Below, piece by piece: positions 1-11,525 of a stretch of 64,000 nt of DNA (its first letter is position 1; every line of letters begins with the position of its first letter). This DNA is from Octopus vulgaris (Eukaryota): positions 7,626,001-7,690,000 of the forward strand of contig OX597821.1 in NCBI GenBank assembly GCA_951406725.2. The letters are read 5' to 3'. The notes under the pieces were generated by a model. That model worked only from the letters and a program-made list of their open reading frames with translations. It did not search any database and was not told the origin of the DNA. Made by a program: the position numbers and the translations under genes.

Positions 1-422
1 GTGTACAATCTGGAACAATAACAGTTAATTGGCATTGAAAGTTACACACTTTTTCCCATATCGAAGTTACAAGGAAAAGCTAAGAGTTTCTCTGTAGCTC
101 ACAATTAGCAACTGGACAGAGTTGCTACAAATGTGAATAAAAATCCAAATTGAGGGTGTGGAATGGGTAAAATGCAAGCTACATATGATTTTGGGGTAAC
201 TAAGAAACCTCCAAGTATCAGATAGCTGAGAAGCATACATTGCCTGCATTTTACCCGTTCTGCTCCCTGAATATAGATGCATGTGTGTGTGTGTGGTTTC
301 CTGGGTCTCACCCTTCCACAAGTTATGTGTTTCCAATGGTACACTCATTGGTTCACTTTTTTCTTCTGTTGGCAATGCTGACAAGACGTCTATACACTAT
401 TTTGCTGGTATAACTAAGGAAA

Positions 423-655
423 AGTGGCGAGATGGCAGAATCGTTAGCACGCCGGGCGAAATGCTTAGCAGTATTTCGTCTGCCGTTACATTCTGAGTTC
501 GAATTCCGCGGAGGTCGACTTTGCCTTTCATCCTTTCGGGGTCGATTAAATAAGTACCAGTTACGCACTGGGGTCGATATACTCGACTTAATCCGTTTGT
601 TTGTCCTTGTTTGTCCTCTCTGTGTTTAGCCCCTTGTGGGTAGTAAAGAAATAGG
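423..655 (+). mobile_element. SINE with Nin/Deu-type central domain (family B) and target-site duplication
   Basis: tRNA-like head (tggcagaa...gttcgaattcc), core gactttgcctttcatcctttcggggtcgat, flanking direct repeat ggtataactaaggaaaagt at 407-425 and 654-672. Several other copies in the window. Confidence 0.85.
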
Positions 656-764
656 TATAACTAAGGAAAAGTAATTTTGTTTGACACACTGATTTATTGT
701 CAGTTTTCTTGGTCATATATGCATACAAATATATACATGAACATATGTAAGCACCCAAGGACCA

Positions 765-985
765 TCATCATCATCAGCATCCTAGTCCGGTGTCACACTC
801 TGCGATGCTGTGGTCATCATGATGTCTTGCCACCTCCTCCTGTCCTCTACCCCATGGACAGTTGAGAATAAAGACAATCCTGTGGCTGCGATGTCTTTCA
901 ACCAAGATGTGGGGGTGGTGTGCCTCTTTTACGTCTGCCGATCACCTTGCCAATTATGATCGTACCCAAAGACCAGGCGGTAGTT
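765..985 (-). mobile_element. Probable 3' fragment of an RTE-like LINE
   Basis: The minus strand reads ...ggcagacgtaaaagaggcacaccacc... (GRRKRG-type C-terminal motif) and ends in a (gat)n tail. Degenerate. Confidence 0.45.
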
Positions 986-1266
986 TTTAACCAGGCAGTG
1001 TATTAATTCTGCCATTCCTGTAAACAGACCCTCTCTCTCTCACTCTCTCTCACTCTCTCTCGTATGTTTGTGTGTATATGTGTGTCTATATATCATCATC
1101 GTTGTTTAACATCCATCTTCCATGCATGCATGGGTAGGATAGTTGACAGGAGCCAGCCAAGTAGAAGACTACCCCAGGTTACTGTGTCTGTTTTGTCAGG
1201 GTTTTTACAGCTAGATGTCCTTCCTAACACCAACCACTCTGCAGAATGGATGCAGTGCTTTTTACA

Positions 1267-1324
<58 letters not shown>

Positions 1325-1348
1325 ATATGTTACATTACTCAATAGTCA

Positions 1349-1411
1349 AGATAAAACTCAGAGTTTCAGATGCCGAAGTGGAAATCCACAACACCATCTC
1401 TTCGGTTATCT
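1349..1411 (-). ncRNA. Variant minimal type I hammerhead ribozyme motif in a PLE-like repeat
   Basis: Minus strand AGAUAA-CCGAAGA-GAUG[..GUGGAUUUCCAC..]CAUC-U-GAAA-CUC-U-GAG-UU-UUAUCU: 6-bp stem I, stem II and stem III present; the core has one substitution (CCGA for CUGA). Confidence 0.55.
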
Positions 1412-1427
1412 GGCTAGCTGACTATAT

Positions 1428-1472
<45 letters not shown>

Positions 1473-1474
1473 TA

Positions 1475-1621
1475 CTTTATTAAAAAGCAGTAAAAATATT
1501 ACAAAAGCTGTTACTCAGAGTTTCATGTTCCCGTTCGTCAGACAGTTAAACAAAACTGTGTTGAACGGAAATGTGAAACTCTGAGTAACATTTTTGATAT
1601 TTTTGCTGGTTTATAATAAAG
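1475..1621. repeat. Foldback made of two inverted HHR-bearing repeat copies
   Basis: Arm 1475-1547 is the degenerate reverse complement of 1553-1621 (tgttactcagagtttca / tgaaactctgagtaaca; ctttatta / taataaag). Confidence 0.8.
1508..1546 (-). ncRNA. Minimal type I hammerhead ribozyme motif
   Basis: Minus strand CUGU-CUGACGA-ACG GGAA CAU-GAAA-CUC U GAG-UA-ACAG: intact core, 4-bp stem I, short stem II with one mismatch, near-palindromic stem III, GUA cleavage triplet. Confidence 0.7.
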
Positions 1622-2055
1622 CATATTGCTCTACCTCTGACATTCAAGTACTATTTTTTCCACCTTGTTTCGCATTTATGTGCTTACTCTGGTATATATA
1701 TATATATATATATATAGTCACAGGTGTCACTACATGGTTAAGAAGTTTGCTTTTAATCCATGTAGTTTCTGGTTCAGTCCCACTGTGTAGCATCTTGGAC
1801 AGGTATCTTCTACTATTGCTGTGGGCTGCCTATTGCCTTGTGATAACCAATGTTGGTTTGTTTATGTCCTTGTAACTTAGATGCTTGGTGGTAAAAGAGA
1901 GTGATGGAGTAAGTATCCAACTTTAAAAAAAAGTACTAGGTCAATTTGTTCAACTGAAACCCTTCAAGGTGATGCCCCAGCATGGCCACACTCCAGTAAC
2001 TAAAACAAGTAAGAGAGACTAAAGGATAAAATGAGTAAATAACACACAAACACAT

Positions 2056-2095
2056 TCTTCTTCTTCTACTTCTTCTTTCTTCTCCTTCTTTTTCC

Positions 2096-2166
<71 letters not shown>

Positions 2167-2234
2167 TTCTTCTTCTCCTTCTTCTTCCTCTCTTCTTCTT
2201 CTTCCTCTTCTTCTACTTCTTCTTCTTCTTCTCC
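2056..2234. repeat. (CTT)n/(CCT) trinucleotide microsatellite
   Basis: Direct reading. Confidence 0.95.
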
Positions 2235-3104
2235 TAAATATTCTTCAGATGTGATTCCATGGAATGGTTTAGAAAACGTCCAGAGTGACGTAACAAAGTG
2301 TTTCTATTATTGTCATTTAGTATGGCAATGGTAAGGAAGGTGAGCCGCTACCAAGTGAGGCCGCTACTATCTAAAAACAGGTTTCATTTCCTGTAGATAG
2401 GTTCTCTAATTGCTCTTCAGTTGCTATCAAATCTGTGAATCAAATCTCAAATAATAATTTAATTTTCCTAGTTTCAGTCTAGCAAAATAGAAACAGTTGT
2501 TGTTGTGTTTCTTGTTTTTGTTTTTTTTTTTTTTGTATATTTTCTGTTGTGAAGCCTCTTAATTTATTTTTCTTCTAACTTTGTGGATTGGTATTATGTA
2601 AGTATGCGTGTGCATATATATATATATATATATCCATCCATCCATATGTATGCATACATATGTATGTGTATATGTAAATATTTGTGTATATAATATAATA
2701 TCATTCCGTGTGTGTGTGTGTATCTGAAGGCACATGGCTCAGTGGTTAGATTGTTGGTCTCACTATCACAAGGTAATGAGTTCAATTCCTGGACTGGGCT
2801 GTATATACACACACACACACATATATATCTATATATATAATCTACTAATAAGGGTGAGAAAATTGGATACTAATTTAATAGTACATCCATTTAACACCAA
2901 GTGGCTTAGTGCATCAATACAATAAATTTTATACGTAAATATAAGAGAGTAACCACTATGTGGTCGACTCTAGCACTAAAAATAGATCCGCTAGGTTTCA
3001 GCCACGAAGAATTGTGTATATATATATGGATATATGTATGTATGGATTTATATCTGTATGTAGATATATATATATGTGTGTGTGTATGTATGGATATATA
3101 TATG

Positions 3105-4012
3105 TGTGTGGTAAATAAAATGAGACAACAAAACCAAGGCAATGTGAAGTTTCTAGGACATTTATAAAGAGAAAGGTAGTCTTACAGCTGTTTCAGGGAC
3201 ATAAATGATATCCCATCATCAGAGATGATATGAGAGAGTTCAATAGAAGGAAATAGTAGAGTTCAATATAAGAAGTTATTTTAGAATGGGAGAGATATAA
3301 GAAGTATAAAGGGAGATATGAGAATGAAAAGATATATATGTTGGATGTTGAAGTTGCTGTTCCATTAACCAAGGAATATGCTATGTAGAATGGGTAAAGA
3401 GGCTTCTTATCCATGGTATGTAAATTCTGATGGAAGTTCTTATTTTGTTATTACATATGGATAGTGTGCAGGTATTAATTCCATGTGGTGTTCATTCTAA
3501 GGATTCTTATAGTGTAAATGAAATTTTGAGAATATACTGGTAAGGGGAAGTAGATAGAGAGAAGAGAATGGATATGTTAGAAGGAAGAAAAATGGTATTG
3601 GTCAAAAGGATTAAGGGAGGAAAGAGGAAAAGAAAAGGAAAAAAGGAGTGCTGGATGGTGGTCAAGATATTGTGAGGTGTGGGGAGAGAAGAGCTATCAG
3701 TAGATAAAAGGAATAGGAGGGATAGAAGGAAAAGATAAGAATGTAAGGAAGGAATATGTGTGAGAAGTGGGAGGTGGGGTGATGTGTTTGAAAAGGTACT
3801 AAGGTGGAGAGATAAAGAGTGTGGTACGGAGTGGGGTACTAGAAGTGAGTAGTAAACCTCAAAAAGAAGGGAAGAGTAAGAAGATATAATGGTCAAGCTT
3901 CTAAAAATAGACGTAGTTATTTATATCTTTTATATCCCTAAAACAGCTGTAAGTCTACCTTTCTCCTTATAAATGCCTTGGCTTTGTTGTCTCATTGTAT
4001 TTAACATATACA
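3105..4012. mobile_element. Penelope-like element remnant bounded by ~100-bp inverted pseudo-LTR fragments
   Basis: 3105-3210 and 3921-4012 are reverse complements (atgagacaacaaaaccaaggc...aaaggtagtcttacagctgtt). The minus strand near 3475-3507 reads ESLE*TPHGIN, like the PxGLN end of PLE GIY-YIG ORFs. The left arm carries an HHR. Confidence 0.65.
3180..3225 (-). ncRNA. Minimal type I hammerhead ribozyme motif with intact core
   Basis: Minus strand UCU-CUGAUGA-UGGGAUAU CAUUU AUGUCCCU-GAAA-CAGCUG-UA-AGA: canonical CUGAUGA/GAAA/GUA, 7-bp stem II behind a U-U mismatch, palindromic stem III (ACAGCUGU). Confidence 0.75.
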
Positions 4013-4125
4013 CACTCATACACAATTCACATTAGACTCCTCACATACTATTATCGAACAGCAGTCCTTCCGTAACACACACATAGCCTTACCTGCCTTT
4101 TGCATCTGCTGGATACCAAAACCTC

Positions 4126-4159
<34 letters not shown>

Positions 4160-4163
<4 letters not shown>

Positions 4164-4382
4164 TTTTTTCTTTTTTTTTCTTTTTTTACTTGTTTCAGTC
4201 ATTTGACTGCTGCCATGCTGGAGCACCGCCTTTAGTCGAGCAAATCGACCCCGTGACTTATTCTTTGTAAGCCCAGTACTTATTCTATTGGTCTCTTTTT
4301 GCCGAACCGCTAAGTGACGGGGACGTAAACACACCAGCATCGGTTGTCAAGCAATGCTAGGGAGACAAACACAGACACACAA

Positions 4383-4421
<39 letters not shown>

Positions 4422-4565
4422 CATACGACAGGCTTCTTTCAGTTTCTGTCTACCAAATCCACTCACAAGGCATTGGTTGGCCTGGGGCTATAGCAGAAGA
4501 CACTTGCCCAAGATGCCACGCAGTGGGACTGAACCCAAGCTACTTACCACACAGCCACTCCTGCA
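4160..4565 (-). mobile_element. tRNA-derived SINE family A (~400 bp, internal TA/TG microsatellite)
   Basis: Reverse complement of aggagtggctgtgtggtaag...gactgaaacaagtaaaa, repeated more than 15 times in the window. Confidence 0.88.
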
Positions 4566-5467
4566 CACCTATATATATATATATATATATAAGCTTCAAA
4601 TGGAAACTGGTTGCTCTTTCACAGGGATGTATTTTATCCAAGCGTATACCTGTTTAGCTCCATATATAACGGGAAGCTTTATGAAAATAGACAAAAGACG
4701 AAGGCAGGTTTACGGAAATAAACAAAAGACAAAGGCAGGTGGAAAACAAACAAACAAGTGTATTAGTATGGCGCTCAGGAAATATAAATAAAACAAGTCT
4801 TTAACATTTCGAGCCTACGCTCTTCAACAGAAAGATACACAGAGAAAAAAAACACAGAAAGAAGGAGAGAAAAAAAATATGCGTGCAGAGGCTAGCGAAT
4901 CAACATGGCGATCTGATTTCGGCCAGAAGTCCATATATACTTTGGATTTCATTAATTTGTGTTAGTATTAGTGCTAACACCTATGAAGTTCCATTTGTTG
5001 TTATAGATGTTTTCATCCATTCGATATAGGAGAATAGAATAATATAAGGAAAATGGAGAGTTTGAACACAGAAAGAATCAATTTATTTATACAATAGTCG
5101 ATTTCATATCATCTACATTTCAATTTCTTACCTTCATTTGTATTTTGCAATTAAGATTGCATTATGCATTTAAAAGGTAAAAAATCTCTTCAGGGCAAAA
5201 AATTGATAAATATTCCTTCATATCCTAATGAATGGAAAGTTACTTACAGACTGTGATAGCAGCAGGCTTTTGTGTGTGTGTCAGCATGTGTTTTTTTTTT
5301 TGGGGGGGGGGGGGGGAGTAATTCCTTTCTAAAAATAGCTTGAGGTTAAACCACGACCACAGTGGACAGTGGCTAGGTGATACTACCATTCTCCTTAGAT
5401 TGGTTTTATAAAGGCTAGCTACCACTCCTATCTCTACTTGTGAAAAGAACAAAAATAAAATATATAT

Positions 5468-5895
5468 AGGTAGTGGGTAGCGATTTTCTTCACTACTTCA
5501 GGGAGTGATGATCCTGCCTGACACGAGTCCCGGGCTCAGCTGGCTACGGCTGACAGTACCGGGTGTGAGCCCCTATGGAAAGGAGACAACCTTCAAAGAA
5601 ATCCGGAGTGGAGCCCCATAGGCAGTTTAGTGTTCGACTCGACACTCTTCCGGCAGCTCCTGCAACTAAGCTGATGCCAAACATAATGCTCTGCACTCCT
5701 TTGGACTACGTCAGCAAGGTCGTGAGAGGAATCCTGACAACTGGGTCTACCCAAGGTTTTCTTACATCTATCCTAGGTCTGCGCAAAACTGGAGAGGTAA
5801 CTGGAGAGGACATGAAATGTAAAAACCAGACTGGATTAGTTTATGTGCGACTCCATTGACTCCCGAAACAAAAGGATGCCAACAACAACAACAAT
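5468..5895 (+). mobile_element. Short non-autonomous retroelement nested in the PLE
   Basis: GC-richer block that interrupts the AT-rich PLE and ends in an (aac)n tail. Confidence 0.5.
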
Positions 5896-7937
5896 ATATT
5901 TACTTAACTTCTCGTTTAGCTGTGAGAATTTCAATTTTTTTTACAATTTTTATTTTGATGTATTAGTCTTATTTGCTGATAGTGTATACAAATTGATATA
6001 GACAGCTACTATTCATCAATTAACCCTTTACTACTAAATAAGGCCCTCTTGTTTGCAAAAAGGAATTCTAATCTAACTATGAGTGAAATCAACATATTAG
6101 CAGCTAGGAAAACCATTATAGAATTTGATAATAAATATTAGGTAAGAAAGGACACTAGCAATAGCTTTGATATTACAATAGGATCTGCTGACTCAGTACA
6201 TGTCACAGATTAAGTGGGAGTATAATATATATTGTTTAACCTAAGGAATTCCTGGATCTCATGAGTGGTGTATATAGAGATAATGTACTATTTACATTAG
6301 ATAACTTATCTAATAGGAGATTGGAAATATATAAGAAAATCTTTTATGAATTCTTCCAGAACATAGGACTATCCATAACTATCAAACACAACTCCATCAA
6401 TTTCTTGGACATTAACCTCAGTCTAGAAACGGAGATATATAAACCCTACCATAAGCCATATACCAACCTAAGATATATTAACATAAATAGATTAATTGAC
6501 AAATATAGCAAAAAATATTTCGAATCTCTCGACGAATGAGGAAATTTTTAAACAGAATGTGGACTATTATAATATAGCTCTAAATAAAGTAGGATATAAG
6601 TAAAAATTACTTGAACTGAACATAAATTTTTATAATAAGAACTATACACAAAATACTGTTCAAAATAATAAAATTAAAATAGAGGAAAATAAACATAAGG
6701 AAAACGATTACAGATGGAATTTGATATAAAATAGATGAGAGTAATAAAAGAATAAAACCGAGAAACAAATCACTAGAATAGAAACACCAAAGAAATAATA
6801 AAATTTAAAGATAGTAGAATAAATTTCTGGCCCAAAACAAAACACTATAATAATGACTTGAATAACCTTAAATAGGATAATAAATAACCAAAAGATAGTA
6901 ATTGAGAACCTAAAGAGTAATAGGTAGAACGATTCTGTAAAACATTACACCCCATGTCTAAAAGTAATTAATCTCCAGAAAAATTACTTTAAAAGGAATT
7001 ACTATGAAAATAATATAGCATGGTTCATAATACCATTTGCAAAACAAATTAGAATCAATATAGTGAAATCATTTTACAAAGTGGTAGCCAAGCACTTTTC
7101 AGAGAAAAACAAATATTACAAAACAATAAACTCACGCAAATTCAGGACAGGTTTCTGCACTTCAAAAAACATTGCACAAACTATATCTGCACGAAATACT
7201 CAAAAATTAAATAATTTTTATAATAGGTGTAAGGAAATACAATGATTTACTTAACAGCCAGAATGACGAAGATCACAACAAACGAAGGAAGGGAAGTAAC
7301 CCTTAATGGCTCCCCACTAAGATCGAAAAATGTAAACTTTTTAGCTAAACCTCGTAACACAAAAAATAAACATAAAAAACAACCCTGAAAACAGGAAAAA
7401 TAGGCACAGCACTAGTAATAAGGAAACAGTGAAAGGTCCTGAAAATAAAACCTGTAATTGTGCCAACAACAATAAAAACAGATGTCCATTAAGATATTTT
7501 TGTAGAGTAAAAGTATAATATATAGGTGTAAAGTAATATCAGAGGGGCAGGATTACTACTATATAGGCTCCACAGAAAATTATATAAAAAGCAGGATAGC
7601 CAACAACGAAAGCACATTTCGAGATAAGAGGAAAGAAGCTAGCACTAGTTTAAATAGATTAATTTGGGAAATTAAGGACAAAAATAAGGAATATACACTG
7701 AAGTTGGAAGTATTTAGCAGGGCAAATTCTTATAGCATTGGAAGCAAAAGGTGTGATTTATTCATTGAGGAATATATGTGAATATATAAATATCTAGAAC
7801 TAATAATTCTATATTAATCAAATAGAGGAATATGCATTGAAACCCTTACTATCAGCTGACGTATCAAAATAAATAATTAACAATTATATTAAATAAATGA
7901 AGGATAGAGAACTTGTTATATTGACAAGGAAAAAGAA

Positions 7938-7960
7938 ATGTATATATGTATATAGATATA

Positions 7961-8005
<45 letters not shown>

Positions 8006-8036
8006 ATATATATATATATATATGTGTGTGTATATA

Positions 8037-8092
<56 letters not shown>

Positions 8093-8196
8093 TATGTGTA
8101 TATATATATATATGTATATATATATATGTATATATATATATATGTGTATATATATATGTATATGTGTGTATATATATATATATATGTGTATATATG

Positions 8197-8272
<76 letters not shown>
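7938..8272. repeat. Compound (TA)n/(TG) microsatellite
   Basis: Direct reading; source of the spurious YIYI ORFs. Confidence 0.95.
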
Positions 8273-8425
8273 ATTTATTTGCATGTTAAAAATGTTGAAA
8301 AATATTTTATAAACATTACAATACAAATAAATTATAAGTTGGAAGGCGCAAAAACAATTTTAAAAGCCTACATATGTTTCTGTGCTGTCCCCTAGTTAAT
8401 TAGAAATTCTAAGCATTTTGTTAAA

Positions 8426-8472
<47 letters not shown>

Positions 8473-9192
8473 TATATATTTAATAAATTTTTAAATATTA
8501 TATTTAATTAAACATTCCATGAATGATAAACATGGAAAGTAACCTTAAAATAAAACGTACCCTCACCATTTGATAATAGTCTGACTTCATACATGTGATA
8601 CATCGTGAATCATACCCCCATTAATGAAAATTAATTTAACTAAAAATATATATAATAACCTAAACTATCACCAAATAAAACTAATACATCTAAGTAAATA
8701 AAAATTAAAATTCTCACAACTAAATAAGTAGAAGTTAAATATATTGATTGGATTTTTGCTAATATATATTATTTTTATTCTTTTCACAAGTGAGTAGAGA
8801 TAGGAGTGGTAGTCAGCTTTTATAAAAACCAATCTAAGGAGAATGGTAGTATGACCTAGTTCCTCAGAACTACAACTAGCCATTGTCCACTGTGGTCGCA
8901 GTTTAACTTCAAGATATTTTTAGAAAGGAATCCAAAAGACACAAAGCCTGTTGCTATCTTAGTCTACAAGCAACTCCCCCCCCCCTCCATTAGGATGAGA
9001 AGGAATATTTTCTTCATTTTTTGCCCTGAAGAGATGTTTACCTTTTAAATGCATAATGCAACCGTAATTGCAAAATATGAATGAAGGTAAGAAATTAAAA
9101 TATACATAGGCAATATGAAATTGACTATTATATAAATAAATTGATTTTTTTTCTCTGTTCAAACTCTCCCTTTTCCTTTTATATATATATAT

Positions 9193-9420
9193 ATTTCTTT
9201 ATTGCCCACAAGGGGCTAAACATAAAGGGGACAAACAAGGATAGATAAAGGGATTAAGTCGATTACATCAATCCCAGTACGTAACTGGTACTTAATTTAT
9301 CGACCCCGAAAGGATGAAAGGCAAAGTCAACCTCGGCAGAATTTGAACTCACAACGTAACAGCAGACGAAATACGGCTACGCATTTTGCCCGGTCTGCTA
9401 ACCACTCTGCCAGCTCACAT
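9193..9420 (-). mobile_element. Nin-domain SINE (family B)
   Basis: Reverse complement of the element at 423-655. Confidence 0.85.
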
Positions 9421-9479
9421 ACACACATTTATCAATTTGTTTTGCGAGATTCCAGATGTGAAATTATGTGTTGAAACAG

Positions 9480-9848
9480 ATATTGTTGCATTTCAGGATG
9501 GTCAGTTTCTTTTCTTTTTTTTTTTTTTTTTTTGCCAAATAAACACACGCACCATATATTTTTTCTTCACTTATATTATTACTTTAACTTATGTCCATTG
9601 TCTGGAAATCTTTCATCATACGTCTGTGACCTCTTCAGCGACACTTTTCATCTGCATCTGTGTTCTTGCTCCATGAAAATGAAAAGTGTCGCTGAAGAGG
9701 TCACAGATGTGTGACGAAAGATTTCCAGACAATGGGCATGAGTTAAAATAATATAAGAACAGTAATAAATGCGTGACGGGAAACAAATATATAGTGTGTG
9801 CGTTTTTTGGCAAAAAAATAAAATGATCATCCGGAAATACAACAATAT
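9480..9848. repeat. Foldback element with two inverted HHR-like motifs
   Basis: Arms 9480-9652 and 9678-9848 are reverse complements (gtgacctcttcagcgacacttttcat / atgaaaagtgtcgctgaagaggtcac; tattgttg / caacaata). Confidence 0.85.
9686..9731 (+). ncRNA. Hammerhead-like motif on the sense strand of the host gene
   Basis: UGUCG-CUGAAGA-G-GUCACA GAUG UGUGAC-GAAA-GAUUUC-CAGACA: core and 6-bp stem II present; stems I and III are imperfect. Confidence 0.55.
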
Positions 9849-10427
9849 ATATAGATGACAGCCATAGCTTATGCCAGTGTTGCATAACCAGCCCATTTAA
9901 AAGTAGCCTTGAATCATCGGGCAATATGTTGCACTCGAGAAGACCTATTGAGTCATGAAAAATCAAAAAATCAAATTGGAAATTGTGGCTGTGGCCGATG
10001 CCAGTGCTGCCTGACTGGCACTCGTGCTGGTAGCACGTAATAAGCACCATTCAAGCATGGGTTGTTGCTAGTGCTGCCTGACTGTGTCAGTGCTCTTGTG
10101 CCAGTGGCACGTAAAAGGCACCCACTACACTCAGAGTGGTTGGCATTAGGAATGGCATCCAGCTGTAGAAGACTTGCCAGATCAGATTGCAACCTGCTGC
10201 AGCCTCCTGGCTTGCTAGTTCCCAGTCAAAACATCCAACCCATGCCAGCATGGAAAGCGGACGTTGAACAACAACGATGATGATGATGATGATATATATA
10301 TGTATGTATGCATGTATACATATATGTATGAATGGAAGTATGTATATACATATATATGTTTGTGTGTATGTGTATATATATATATGTCCAACCCATGCTA
10401 GCATGGAAAGCGGACGCTAAACGATGA

Positions 10428-10687
10428 TGATGTATGTATGTATGCATGCATGCATGTATGTATGCATGTATATATGTATATATATATATATATATGTATG
10501 TATGCATGTATGTATGCATGTATATATGTATATATATATATGTATGCATGTATGTATATATATGTATGCATGTATGTATATATATGTATGTATGTATATA
10601 TATATGTATATATGCATGTATGTATATATATATGTATATATGCATGTATGTATATATATATATGTATGCATGTGTATATATATATGC
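10428..10687. repeat. Compound (TATG)n/(TA)n microsatellite
   Basis: Direct reading. Confidence 0.95.
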
Positions 10688-10999
10688 ACCGATACCAGTT
10701 TAAGAATGATAAATGTCTTCTCTACAGAAGTATAGAGTAACCTGTCAGATTAATGTAAAACTGTTTTTATTACAACTGAACATTAACATATATAAAATGT
10801 TTACATATGCGTTATATGATGGATGTATATATATTATTTAATGTTTATGAGGGTGATATACCATATTTGTGGTCAGGGTAAAAGTTTCATCGAGATGGAG
10901 AGTGATATAGAGTTGGAACAGTGAGGCAGACCGGGACAAAGAAATGAAGAGACAGGCTTTGAACGAGTTGCAAAATAGATGCGGGCAGCAAAGAACTGT

Positions 11000-11525
11000 A
11001 TTTGGTCATTAACCTGTTATCAGAGGAATGGAGAAAGCTGTGTTTATATGTGAAAGGTGCACAGGAGCCATAAAGACTAATGATACACAGAAAATTGATT
11101 TTCCCAAATGTCCTAGATGCTCCTTAGAGGTAGTGGATAATTGGATAATTTCTCTTACCCAGGTGACCTAATTAGCAGTGGAGGAGCATGTTTAGAAAGT
11201 GTAGTTGCTAGAATTGGGATAGGATGGAGACCATTCAGAGAGTTATTACCTCTGTTGGTAATAAAAGCTCTCTCTCTCTCTCTCCAATTGAAAGGCAGAT
11301 TGTATGATGCTTGTATATGTACAGCAACACTACATGGTAGTGAAACATGGGTTCTGAATGCAGAAGGCATGAAGACAAGAGAGGAATGAAGCTAGTACAC
11401 TCCGTTGGATGTGCAGTGTCAGTGTGCTTGCAGGACAAAGTGCTGGTTACTGAGAGAAAAGCTGCGCATAAGAGGAATCAGATGTGGGATTCCAGAAAGA
11501 AGATTGCACTGGTATGGTCACATAT
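11000..11525 (+). mobile_element. RTE-clade LINE ORF C-terminal fragment (continues at ~12410-12600)
   Basis: FSYPGDLISSGG..ARIGIGWRPFRELLPLL..LKGRLYDAC..LHGSETW..RRLHWYGH, typical of the post-RT region of RTE elements; frameshifted. Confidence 0.8.

Larger units (their letters stand above)
5043..9182 (+). mobile_element. Degenerate Penelope-like retroelement (Naiad-type RT + GIY-YIG) with inverted pLTRs
   Basis: RT remnants AARKTIIEFDNKY*VRKDTSNSFDITIGS, GVYRDN and INFLDINLSLETEIYKPYHKP (6100-6530). GIY-YIG remnant CNC..RCPL..C/IIYRCKV..YYIGSTENYIKSR..IWEIK..SKRCDL (7450-7770). Inverted ~420-bp repeats at 5043-5466 and 8760-9182. Confidence 0.85.

Noticed and set aside
4354-4791. Recurrent ORFs such as RQASFSFCLPNPLTR.. 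and ..AEDTCPRCHAVGLNPEPCGW
   Set aside because: Conceptual translations of the non-coding family A SINE.
7884-8395. Long YIYI/IYIH ORFs (also 10226-10740, 35524-36373 and others)
   Set aside because: Translations of TA/TG microsatellites, open in all frames and without coding signal.
7450-9182. Selenoprotein/SECIS signature in the Naiad-type PLE
   Set aside because: The visible Cys positions are TGT, not TGA. The hairpin after ATGA at ~8851 lacks the 3' GA of a SECIS core.
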